IMG/VR virus record: IMGVR_UViG_3300028887_000077
Span: 86,028 to 150,027 of that record
Strand: one strand, 5' to 3'
From: a virus
Lineage: Duplodnaviria > Caudoviricetes
Length of the DNA: 64,000 nucleotides
Position 1 is the first letter of the stretch, and the number at the start of each line of letters is the position of its first letter. The position numbers were made by a program, and so were the translations under genes. This document shows, one piece after another, positions 26,311 through 34,344 of this stretch. The notes under the pieces were generated by a model. That model was given only the letters and a program-made list of their open reading frames with translations, had not been told where the DNA came from and did no database searches.

Positions 26311-26769
26311 TCACCACCTTTCATTATATTCGTCGAGCATATACTCGGCGATGGTTTTACGTTTGTAGCGGAGCGTAGTTTTCTCCGCATAAACGATTGC
26401 GGCCTGAACAGAGGTGATTTCCTCCGGAACGCCGCACTTATGCGCGATTTCCATGAAGTATTTTTTAGCAAGACCCCTCATAGAGATGTTCTTGCTATTA
26501 TACTTCCTTCGGAGAAGCGCATAAAGCGCCTGGATGGTCTTTGCGTTGTGATTGCGACCATCTGCGTGTTTGTTGGTCCGGCCGATCTGCTTTGCTTTCG
26601 CCGTCGTGCTGGGATGCTTTTCTTTCCAGAGTTGACGAATAAGTTCGTCATGGCCCCAGGTGCATCCTGCGCAAGATCTGCGATAGCACGTTTCGCATTT
26701 TTCGTTAATGCGTTTAACAGCTTCGTCAGCAGTTTCTGCGGTTTCAAGAATATTTTCTTGTAGTGTCAT
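26311..26769 (-). CDS. hypothetical protein
   Basis: AAAGGA SD; CxxC...CxxC. Confidence 0.7.
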   Translation of the reverse strand: MTLQENILETAETADEAVKRINEKCETCYRRSCAGCTWGHDELIRQLWKEKHPSTTAKAKQIGRTNKHADGRNHNAKTIQALYALLRRKYNSKNISMRGLAKKYFMEIAHKCGVPEEITSVQAAIVYAEKTTLRYKRKTIAEYMLDEYNERW

Positions 26770-26837
26770 TTCAGAGGTCCTTTCTTTATCCTCGTTCTCC
26801 CCTACTCTCACTCGGGTGCGATCTCTGTTGTGCAACC

Positions 26838-27038
26838 TTATTTCTTTGTTTGTTCGCACAAACGCAAGAAATCTTCTCGGGTTTTTTCTTTGATTTCCGC
26901 CTCGACTGCCGGATCGCAAAGCTCGTGGGTAAACAGGGGTCTGCCCAGCTTTTCTTCGACATATTTGTGCATATCGGGAAAATCACACATTAATACGCCG
27001 GTGTATGCGGAAACGATCACCCGTTCCTCTTGTGTCAT
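26838..27038 (-). CDS. small phage protein
   Basis: IVSAYTGVLMCDF..MHKYVEEKLGRP..THE motif; GGAGGTG SD. Confidence 0.8.
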   Translation of the reverse strand: MTQEERVIVSAYTGVLMCDFPDMHKYVEEKLGRPLFTHELCDPAVEAEIKEKTREDFLRLCEQTKK

Positions 27039-27066
27039 ATTTGTTCACCTCCTTCATAAGCCCGGC

Positions 27067-27468
27067 TTATGCACGGGTATTAATCATCTTTTCGATCGCG
27101 GCTGCGGCAGCGACGAGCCCATCTTCGTCGGGTTTGACGAAGGGGACAACCTCGCCTTCAAGCGTGGTGTAGCCGCCCTTCAGCCACGCGAGGTATTCGA
27201 GGAACGAATCCTCTTCGAAGGGAGACAGGACGTTCGTCACGTCGGTACTGTCGTAGAGGTTGTCGAGCCCTTCAATGACTTTGTCGATGAGGGGTGCCTT
27301 GATCGGCTTACTCCCGTCGAGGCGCATGATCAGTCCCACGACGAGTTCGTTGCGGGTCGCTGGCGCCGTTCTCGCGAGAAAATAGTTTACGACAGTGTCG
27401 TTTTTGACCAACGGGTAGGCGCCCGTGATCGCGATGGTGGTGGTTTCGAAATCGAAAACGTTTCCCAT
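27067..27468 (-). CDS. hypothetical protein
   Basis: AAAGGA SD before ATG27468; strong codon bias. Confidence 0.75.
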   Translation of the reverse strand: MGNVFDFETTTIAITGAYPLVKNDTVVNYFLARTAPATRNELVVGLIMRLDGSKPIKAPLIDKVIEGLDNLYDSTDVTNVLSPFEEDSFLEYLAWLKGGYTTLEGEVVPFVKPDEDGLVAAAAAIEKMINTRA

Positions 27469-27622
27469 GGTTCTTCCTTTCCCCACTAAGGCAGGGTACT
27501 CCATAAAATATTTGAGCTTTCGCTCTTGTTGGGGGTCTTGTCCGGGAATCCCCCTAAGCCGGTCCACTCTATTGAATGGAAATGCAGTTTTCTGTTCCCG
27601 GGATCACCGTAAACCCGGAGGG

Positions 27623-27790
27623 TCAGAGATTTACCTTTAAACCTCTAACCCTCAACTCTTTCACGATCTTCGCGATCTCGTCACAGTGTGCTTTGATCTG
27701 CGAAACTTCGCAAACTTCAATGGAAGCTTTAATCCTCTCAAGTTGTCTGCGAAGTTAAATAGCAGAAAGAGAAGAATAACCATTTTTCAT
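27623..27790 (-). pseudogene. 55-codon ORF with one in-frame TAA
   Basis: AAAGGA SD; MKNGYSSLSAI*LRRQLERIKASIEVCEVSQIKAHCDEIAKIVKELRVRGLKVNL*; TAA at 27755-27757. Confidence 0.55.
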
Positions 27791-27930
27791 AGCAATTTCC
27801 TTTCTTTTTTTTGTAGGGTCTACCAGAAACCTCTTTTACATTTATGAGGATTCTCTTTGACTCTTATTTCTCATTATCCGATATACCCACACACAAAAAA
27901 TCAAAAAAATCAAAAAACCCCACCCCCCCA

Positions 27931-27959
27931 ACAAAAAAACCGGCGACCCAGTCGCCAGT
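27931..27959 (-). terminator. intrinsic terminator
   Basis: ACTGGCGAC-tgg-GTCGCCGGT + T-run on the minus strand. Confidence 0.85.
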
Positions 27960-27963
27960 TTCT

Positions 27964-28329
27964 TTACTCTTCTCCCAACTCATTCACCTCAAAATACGGC
28001 CTAAACGTACCATCCCCATCCGCAAAGAACGACAGCGTTTCCGAGTGTCCGATCTCCCCATCTTTCTGCATAACGTCGAGAAGCTTCAGGAACCGCTCCA
28101 TCCACCATCTGGTCATCTTACATGTGATCGTACAGGTCATCGGGTCCTCGTCTTTATCGTCTGGCCCTCTTTCGAGACCAAAATAGACGATATGCCGGAC
28201 GCTCGGGCAGAAGCATATTTTCTTAATCCACTCCAAATCTCTGTTTCTCTCTTTGGGAAAATGGGCTTTGCGCAGTTTCTCTTCGTCTTCGGGCGTAGGG
28301 TATTCGGTGTCGATAAAAGTATCGTTCAT
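27964..28329 (-). CDS. hypothetical phage protein
   Basis: C-terminal W...FL..L..M...G..G.S....FFADGDG.FRP.F motif. Confidence 0.75.
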   Translation of the reverse strand: MNDTFIDTEYPTPEDEEKLRKAHFPKERNRDLEWIKKICFCPSVRHIVYFGLERGPDDKDEDPMTCTITCKMTRWWMERFLKLLDVMQKDGEIGHSETLSFFADGDGTFRPYFEVNELGEE

Positions 28330-28335
28330 ATTAAA

Positions 28336-28599
28336 TTAACAATCCTTTCTTGAAAAGACCGTATTGGAGACCTTTTGGTAAGCGTCAACGTAGAACTCTT
28401 CCTTGTCTCCATCATATGTGCATTCGTAAATGTGTACGGGGCCGGGGCCGGGGATACACATAATGCACTTGTAATTCTGGAGCGTTTTTGAGTACCAGAC
28501 TAACTGAACGTCCGATGGAAGCGCGTCAACGTCAAACTCTTTCTTTGCGACGGTGAGCACGTGGTTGCGGCATCTGGAAATAAACTCTTCTGTTGTCAT
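28336..28599 (-). CDS. DUF6275-like protein
   Basis: VWYSKTLQNYK...YECTYDGDKEEFYVDAYQKVSN. Confidence 0.8.
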   Translation of the reverse strand: MTTEEFISRCRNHVLTVAKKEFDVDALPSDVQLVWYSKTLQNYKCIMCIPGPGPVHIYECTYDGDKEEFYVDAYQKVSNTVFSRKDC

Positions 28600-28624
28600 G
28601 TTTTGTCCTCCTTGTTCGCTGTAA

Positions 28625-29047
28625 TCATTTTACTTCTCCTCGTTTCTGACGATCTATTTCGGCGTCTCTGGGGTCTTGTTGTTCGGTGGGCTCTGGATCC
28701 GATGGTCTGAGGCCGTTTGCGACCTCATTGCGGTACTTAAGCCTTTCTTCTGCGCGCTTGATACCTTCTTCGCTCCAGTCAATTGAGAAATTAGTACCGT
28801 TCGAATATACGGCAATGAAAACTTCGTATTTTAACAGAAGTAGGTCTTCTGTAAGCGCTTTTCGTACCGGATCTGGTAAACTGAAATCTTCATCCCATCT
28901 GACGCTTGTCAGGCCGTATTTCTCGTTTGCCTCGTTGATCTTGTTTTGGATGATGGTCATGTATTTAACGTAATACTCGCCGTCGCGACGCTCAAGGTCT
29001 TCGACGCATCGTTTGTGGTTTGCAAGTGCTTCTTCTGCTGTAATCAT
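28625..29047 (-). CDS. hypothetical protein (MITAxEA family)
   Basis: GGAG SD; MITAEEA...I...INEA...IDW. Confidence 0.75.
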   Translation of the reverse strand: MITAEEALANHKRCVEDLERRDGEYYVKYMTIIQNKINEANEKYGLTSVRWDEDFSLPDPVRKALTEDLLLLKYEVFIAVYSNGTNFSIDWSEEGIKRAEERLKYRNEVANGLRPSDPEPTEQQDPRDAEIDRQKRGEVK

Positions 29048-29082
29048 TTCTTCTCCCGTTCTTGTTTCTGTTTCTGCGATCC

Positions 29083-29358
29083 TCACCAACTTGCTTTCAA
29101 TTTGCCGGATTCGTAGAAGTAAGCCGCGTTTGGGTTTTTGTATATCTCAGAAACAAACCCCTTGCTGATCAACTCTTCCTTTACTTTGTTTGCACGGGCA
29201 AGTTGCACTTCGTCTTTCATGTCAAAACAGATCTCTGCAACGGCCTTCTCGCATTTCGCCATTTTTTCAATTTCTGCGCACATCTTTTCCCTGAGCTTTT
29301 TTAACTCGTTGTCACCTGCGATCTTAACCATTTTTCTTGCCTCTTTTGCCGTAATCAT
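29083..29358 (-). CDS. hypothetical protein (MITAxEA family)
   Basis: GGAGG SD; MITAKEA...IEKMA...L..KGF...ASW. Confidence 0.75.
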   Translation of the reverse strand: MITAKEARKMVKIAGDNELKKLREKMCAEIEKMAKCEKAVAEICFDMKDEVQLARANKVKEELISKGFVSEIYKNPNAAYFYESGKLKASW

Positions 29359-29362
29359 TTTT

Positions 29363-29629
29363 TTATTGTCCTCCCCACCTAATCCATAGCTCGTGAGAGC
29401 TACTTCCTTCTTGATATTTTTTGATTTCAGTTCTATACCCACGTTTGTCGAAATAGTCTTTTACGTTCTGGATACACTTTACGTCGACCCAAACCGTACA
29501 AGCAGTACCGCCACGACCGGACGTATCCTTAATCTCTTGCAGGGCCTTGCGGATCGCCAGCTTTTCTTTCTTCTTCATGGCTTTCAGGTTTGCTCGGTTC
29601 GTTCTTTTAAGTGCTTTTTCTGCCCTCAT
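29363..29629 (-). CDS. hypothetical protein (MxAxxA family)
   Basis: GGAG SD; MRAEKA...I...S..G...F..RGY...IRW. Confidence 0.75.
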   Translation of the reverse strand: MRAEKALKRTNRANLKAMKKKEKLAIRKALQEIKDTSGRGGTACTVWVDVKCIQNVKDYFDKRGYRTEIKKYQEGSSSHELWIRWGGQ

Positions 29630-29664
29630 TGTTTATCTCCGTTATTGTTTTATTTTATTTTATT

Positions 29665-30456
29665 TTATTTTATATTAGTTGTGCCGGCTATATTTAACGA
29701 CTTTTCGGGATTTTCCTTATAGTACTTCTGAATATAATACTTTTCTCGCTCCAAGATATTTTCGTCCTTAGGTACGATTTCCAAAACTTCAAACTGATAA
29801 TCAGTAATCGAGCTGATCGGGAATCTTTCGGTCTTCAGATGCTGCCCCCATCTAAAAATAGGCGCATATACTGTTTGACCGATGTAAAATTCTCCTGTCG
29901 ACTTTTTCGAAATCTTATAGATATACCCGGCGCACTCGTTAGAAAACATGTCTCTGGTAACGAAAAACTCGGTGTCCTGATCAGGGCTTAGCTTTTTTGT
30001 TTCTCTCTGTCTGTATTTTTCTTTGCACGCATAGCAACAAAACTTTTTAGTTCTATATTCTTGGATGTTAAAAAAGTCGTACTTTACTTCGTAGTTGGCG
30101 AACTCTATATATTTTCGCAGATACGTCGTAACTTGGGACCCGCAGTTATCACAGACAAATGAAATTTTTTGAAAGTACCGCTCTGTGTCATAGCAGTGTT
30201 CACCAATTATAACACAGTACAAATCGCCAGCTTTGAGATTTTTGCTGAATCGAAAAGAAATATTTTCGCCGTATTCGTCACGGATAATTGACTTGAACTG
30301 CTCTCGGTCATCACAAACAAGGCAGTCCATAGTCAGTTCCTTGTTGCACATTTTACTTATGCTGTTAAACCCGAAAACTTCTACCCCCGATTGTAGTGCT
30401 TTCTCCTGCTCTTCCGCAGAAGACACCTCGTAGATTCGGTACAAAACTTCAATCAT
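29665..30456 (-). CDS. protein with C-terminal GIY-YIG nuclease domain and central Zn-binding motif
   Basis: GYIYKI...EFYIGQT...RW..H...FEVLE...ERE.YYI...N; CDNCG...FCCYAC. Confidence 0.8.
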   Translation of the reverse strand: MIEVLYRIYEVSSAEEQEKALQSGVEVFGFNSISKMCNKELTMDCLVCDDREQFKSIIRDEYGENISFRFSKNLKAGDLYCVIIGEHCYDTERYFQKISFVCDNCGSQVTTYLRKYIEFANYEVKYDFFNIQEYRTKKFCCYACKEKYRQRETKKLSPDQDTEFFVTRDMFSNECAGYIYKISKKSTGEFYIGQTVYAPIFRWGQHLKTERFPISSITDYQFEVLEIVPKDENILEREKYYIQKYYKENPEKSLNIAGTTNIK

Positions 30457-30468
30457 AAATAGTTACCG

Positions 30469-30711
30469 TTAGTCTTTGTTCTCCTTAAAATACTTGCACT
30501 TGTGCAGTAGTTTTTCAAAAAATCCGGCAGGGCACATACACACGCAATGACCGTACCTCTTAGATGTGTGTTCACAACTGTCGCAGTCCGGGCTTTGATT
30601 GAGGCATACCTTACCTTCGTTTACCTCATAAACGCACTTTTGACATAAAGTTTTACGAAAAACAGACTCTCGCCAATTTTTAATTTTAGTCCCATTGAGG
30701 CTCTTAAACAT
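30469..30711 (-). CDS. Cys-rich hypothetical protein
   Basis: GAGGAG SD; 8 Cys. Confidence 0.7.
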   Translation of the reverse strand: MFKSLNGTKIKNWRESVFRKTLCQKCVYEVNEGKVCLNQSPDCDSCEHTSKRYGHCVCMCPAGFFEKLLHKCKYFKENKD

Positions 30712-30994
30712 TTTCTTTCTCCTCGTTTCTAACGATTGCGATCTGATTTGGGGTAAGCGGATGTGTCTGTGCAAGCAGGAAACGATACGGAAGTTTCTCC
30801 GGAATCGTTAGCTTCATATGTTCTATTAATCCTATTGGACGTGCGACGACCAGATCACCAAACTGTTCTTTAAAAAGCGCCTCGGCAAACGCTTTCATAA
30901 ACTTTTCTTTCGTTTCGCAAACTTCTGCTTCTTTATGATATAACCCGCAGCTTTCCGAGACGACAGGTTTAAACGGGCAATCGGTACAATTCAC
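30704..30994 (-). CDS. hypothetical protein
   Basis: GGAGG SD; CTDCPF. Confidence 0.7.
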   Translation of the reverse strand: MNCTDCPFKPVVSESCGLYHKEAEVCETKEKFMKAFAEALFKEQFGDLVVARPIGLIEHMKLTIPEKLPYRFLLAQTHPLTPNQIAIVRNEEKENV

Positions 30995-30999
30995 GCAGC

Positions 31000-31524
31000 T
31001 TATCCCTCCGCAAGCGGCACCCTAACATACTTGTCGGGAGACATGGTGCGGAAGTATACACAACTTCTACAATATTCGGATCTCCAAATATAATAGTCGT
31101 CAGTAACTCCGTCATGTTCTCTCATATAGTTAATCTCGCTCGAACCTAATTCAACAATCTTCGCCTGTTCCCAGTCGTAATATCCAACGTCGCAGCCCTT
31201 GTCTATGTCTAACTCATGTATAATATTATCGATTGCATTGACATGATTAGCAATCTCCTCTATCTCTGGATAGAATCTCATTGTGTCGCACTCAAGAAAT
31301 GGTTCGTATCCGCTGTTATGAGCGCTTTCAAAGGCGGCTTCTTGAGTTGGAAATACGTCTTCGAGCCAATGGCCGCCAAACAAGTTGTCTGTATTGATGC
31401 TAATACCGCTTTCATTCACAAAAAGGCCCCTAACCTTCTCCTTATAAATGCGCCCATCAAACCGAGACCAGCGAATATAAACCTCATCTCCGATAGAGCA
31501 CGGGAGTTTTATTGTTTCAACCAT
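31000..31524 (-). CDS. hypothetical protein
   Basis: KLPCSIGDEVY...VF.T.E.A pattern common in small phage proteins. Confidence 0.75.
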   Translation of the reverse strand: MVETIKLPCSIGDEVYIRWSRFDGRIYKEKVRGLFVNESGISINTDNLFGGHWLEDVFPTQEAAFESAHNSGYEPFLECDTMRFYPEIEEIANHVNAIDNIIHELDIDKGCDVGYYDWEQAKIVELGSSEINYMREHDGVTDDYYIWRSEYCRSCVYFRTMSPDKYVRVPLAEG

Positions 31525-31786
31525 TTTCTTCCTCCTTATATTTGGGCATCGGAGCCCACGCAATTACATCGCAACACTTGTCGTTAACGACAAACCAGCC
31601 ATTTGATCCCCGGCGGTGATACTCGCCTTGTTTGACACGATAGACGGGGCGCTTTGACGTTCGAGGTTTAAGAACGCACAGCACCGGCCTCGAGCAACAA
31701 AGAACAGTTTCATAACGCAACAAGTAATGAAAAGGTGTGTCTGGCAACCTGTCTTCAACCTTAATCCACTTAATCTCGTTTGTCAT
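31517..31786 (-). CDS. DUF551-like protein
   Basis: WIKVEDRLP...VIAWAPMP. Confidence 0.75.
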   Translation of the reverse strand: MTNEIKWIKVEDRLPDTPFHYLLRYETVLCCSRPVLCVLKPRTSKRPVYRVKQGEYHRRGSNGWFVVNDKCCDVIAWAPMPKYKEEENG

Positions 31787-32004
31787 CTTTCTACCTCGCA
31801 AGAAATTCCGGTGTGTTTATTTGCCTCCGCAATTCTCTTTGCTTCGCATTCTTCGCATAGATAAACGGGTATTCTAAGCGGAGCAACACGGAACGGAACG
31901 CATGTTTCCGTAAAGAACTTAAAGTTGCGCCCGGCAGGTGCGAACGCTTTTCCGCAGTCACAACAACTAACAATGTTGTCTGTAACGACATATCCGTCTG
32001 TCAT
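31783..32004 (-). CDS. small Zn-finger protein
   Basis: CCDCGK...LCEEC. Confidence 0.7.
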   Translation of the reverse strand: MTDGYVVTDNIVSCCDCGKAFAPAGRNFKFFTETCVPFRVAPLRIPVYLCEECEAKRIAEANKHTGISCEVER

Positions 32005-32460
32005 TTAACCCCATCCTAATTTACGCATTTTTTTAAGGAACAGCATGTTTTCTTTGTAAGTAAGACCAACCGCCGTGTTACCAATTCCATTTTTGTCACA
32101 CAGGGTTGGGTCATAACTTTGGATCAGATGATTTCCGCTTGTTTTATGAAGAAGCGCGACTACATGCTGGTATCCATCGGTATTGCGTTTATAAATAACA
32201 CAAAGGTCGTTTTCCTCGGTTTTAACAAATCCGAGCTTCGAAATTTTTTTATCAATTCTGCTTTTCATTTTTATTTCGTCCTCCTTATTTGTGACAATTT
32301 TAACTGTAGTTTTTCCGGTTCTAATAAGTTCATCAAACCGAGCAGCGCAGGCACGCATCTCCTGTTTACATTTCTGACCTTCTTCGGATTCCCAAAACTC
32401 GCGAGACACCTTCTGTGCTTCTTCCCACTTTTTTGCGTCTACGATAAATACGTGAGGCAT
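32005..32460 (-). CDS. hypothetical protein (possible fusion of two small genes)
   Basis: AAGGAGG SD at start and a second in-frame AAGGAGG + ATG at 32268. Confidence 0.7.
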   Translation of the reverse strand: MPHVFIVDAKKWEEAQKVSREFWESEEGQKCKQEMRACAARFDELIRTGKTTVKIVTNKEDEIKMKSRIDKKISKLGFVKTEENDLCVIYKRNTDGYQHVVALLHKTSGNHLIQSYDPTLCDKNGIGNTAVGLTYKENMLFLKKMRKLGWG

Positions 32461-32600
32461 AACTTATCCTCCTTTATTCCTTTTGACATATTTCTCAATC
32501 GCGTTATAAACCTCTTTTACATTCATGACCCCGGGGCGGTTTCTTATATGTCTATATTGTACATATGTGTCCGCATTTTTGGTGTGGCGTTCAGAGTGTT

Positions 32601-32771
32601 TTATCTTTCTTCGATTCTCCCCCAAATGTCTCCGTTGCTTTCAACTGTTATAATTCCATCGGAAGTAACAACAGACACCCGGGCGTATTCTTCATTGGTT
32701 TCATTGTTATAAAAAACAATTCTTACGCGACGTTTCTCATCGCCCATTCTTCCGAACACAGTCTCGTTCAT
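32601..32771 (-). CDS. 56-aa hypothetical protein
   Basis: GGAGG SD; MNETVFGRMG...GRIEER. Confidence 0.6.
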   Translation of the reverse strand: MNETVFGRMGDEKRRVRIVFYNNETNEEYARVSVVTSDGIITVESNGDIWGRIEER

Positions 32772-32788
32772 ACCTTTCCTCCGTTACT

Positions 32789-32983
32789 TTAATAAGTTGC
32801 TTCGGCGTTTAACTTGCCCATCTTGTAACCTTCATCGAAACCTTCATCATACGCATCTTCGATGAATTCATTGAATTTATCGCACAACTCTTTGAGCTGG
32901 TATTCTTCTTCCGGAGTAAACACAAAGGCGTTTGGTTTGCCAAAGATATCTGCGATACGCTTTTTAAATTCCGTAAATTCCAT
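32789..32983 (-). CDS. hypothetical protein
   Basis: AYDEGFDEGYKMG repeat motif. Confidence 0.65.
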   Translation of the reverse strand: MEFTEFKKRIADIFGKPNAFVFTPEEEYQLKELCDKFNEFIEDAYDEGFDEGYKMGKLNAEATY

Positions 32984-33260
32984 TATGTCCACTTGAATTT
33001 TCCTCCTGCATGACGAGCCTCTTATATTCGTCCGCAATCTTTTGTGCATTCTCGTCTTCGAGGCTCGGAACATATACTTCTTCCCCGCACTTCATACAAT
33101 AAGCAAGGGGAAGGACAATGTCTACCCGCGTCTGATGGACGTCAAAATGCATCGGCGTATCTTTAATGCGGTAGGCGACGCGGTCGCGACAATTTGCGCA
33201 TATCACTTTGTTGTTGTCGTTACAGTCGGCAACGGCGCCTTTATTGATTTGGTAGCTCAT
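32964..33260 (-). CDS. YgiT/MqsA-type zinc-finger protein (no HTH)
   Basis: CANC...(beta hairpin)...AYCMKCGEEVYVPSLEDEN pattern. Confidence 0.7.
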   Translation of the reverse strand: MSYQINKGAVADCNDNNKVICANCRDRVAYRIKDTPMHFDVHQTRVDIVLPLAYCMKCGEEVYVPSLEDENAQKIADEYKRLVMQEENSSGHNGIYGI

Positions 33261-33296
33261 ATCCTTCTCCTTGACAGACGTTTTTGTTTTATCCCT

Positions 33297-33704
33297 TTAC
33301 TTTTTTGGTTCGTCTACGGAGTCAACCGGTTTTTCTTTCGCAACAACCTCCGGCTTCTGCGGCTGAACAATGCTGATACCCAACTGATCCCGCAGAAAGT
33401 CGAGAGCGGTCGGAATATTCATCTTCGAAAGAAGATCGAGAAAATTAAGCTTCGGGAGTTTCTGCTTGAAGGTGGTGATTGCCTCAACTCGCCGAATGAC
33501 CTGACCGTTGATCGTATTTTTCTTCTTGTTGACCTTTAAGCCGAATTGTTCGGCAATATCCATCATGCCTTGGACGTCAATCCAAACCGGTTCAGAATCG
33601 CCGTCTTGATGATCGGCGTAAACATAAATTTCATGGGTAGAGTCGTTACAGATAGCAACCCCGTTGACGTAAAACGTAGTGATCTGCTGGTAAAAACTCC
33701 TCAT
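33297..33704 (-). CDS. hypothetical protein
   Basis: ATGA coupling. Confidence 0.7.
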   Translation of the reverse strand: MRSFYQQITTFYVNGVAICNDSTHEIYVYADHQDGDSEPVWIDVQGMMDIAEQFGLKVNKKKNTINGQVIRRVEAITTFKQKLPKLNFLDLLSKMNIPTALDFLRDQLGISIVQPQKPEVVAKEKPVDSVDEPKK

Positions 33705-33970
33705 TGCTCTTCTTCCTCCATATTATCATATTCCTCTTCTTCGTCATCGCAAAGAGCGATGTATGGTCCGCCATAACCCTTATTGCGTTCGTTCGCGTAT
33801 GTGACCACATAGTTGCCGCAGTCTTCATATTTGAACCACACCTCTTGTTCGTTTTCGGTGTGAAAGCGCATTGCTGTCGCCACAGCTTCCCAGAATTTTT
33901 CTTCGGACTCATAGTTCTTTTTGCTCATTATATAAGATCCGGAATCCGAAGACGGGAAAACTTCTCGCAT
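33701..33970 (-). CDS. acidic hypothetical protein
   Basis: AGGAGG SD, first gene after the promoter. Confidence 0.7.
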   Translation of the reverse strand: MREVFPSSDSGSYIMSKKNYESEEKFWEAVATAMRFHTENEQEVWFKYEDCGNYVVTYANERNKGYGGPYIALCDDEEEEYDNMEEEEQ

Positions 33971-34005
33971 TTAAATAAAACCCTCCTTTTATTGGGGCTG
34001 CCTAT

Positions 34006-34034
34006 ATTATAACAGCCCCGCAAGCATTTGTCAA
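34006..34034 (-). promoter_or_regulatory. sigma70/sigmaA-type promoter inside an inverted repeat
   Basis: TTGACA-17-TATAAT on the minus strand; GGGGCTG/CAGCCCC arms (33994-34000, 34013-34019) flank the -10. Confidence 0.9.
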
Positions 34035-34054
34035 GTGTTTTTTAGTATTTTTTT

Positions 34055-34330
34055 TTACGATTCTTGGTTTTTACGAGCATTAATCTTATCTTCGCGGCCC
34101 TGATTGCGCACAATCGTACGCTCTTTATCTGCGTCATAATCCATAATGTTGTCGTCGCAGTCTATATCCATGCCGAGAGCTCCCTTTTCTACAAGCGACC
34201 GCGGAGATCTCTCTGCCCATTCCGGGTGATCGTGTGTTGCGCCGGCATTACCTGTCGTATTAATATATTTTTGCATCTCCTCAGGAGAGATGGTGTTTTC
34301 CTTCTTGGCCTTTTTAAATCTGTTAGACAT
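34055..34330 (-). CDS. hypothetical protein
   Basis: AAAGGA SD. Confidence 0.7.
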   Translation of the reverse strand: MSNRFKKAKKENTISPEEMQKYINTTGNAGATHDHPEWAERSPRSLVEKGALGMDIDCDDNIMDYDADKERTIVRNQGREDKINARKNQES

Positions 34331-34344
34331 ACATTGTCCTTTCT

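Noticed and set aside
5862-27489. Long plus-strand ORFs in the track (e.g. 5862-6764, 11192-11911, 21259-21873, 25960-26763, 26830-27489)
   Set aside because: They are antisense shadows of SD-supported, coupled minus-strand genes with biased codons and have no SD or motifs of their own.
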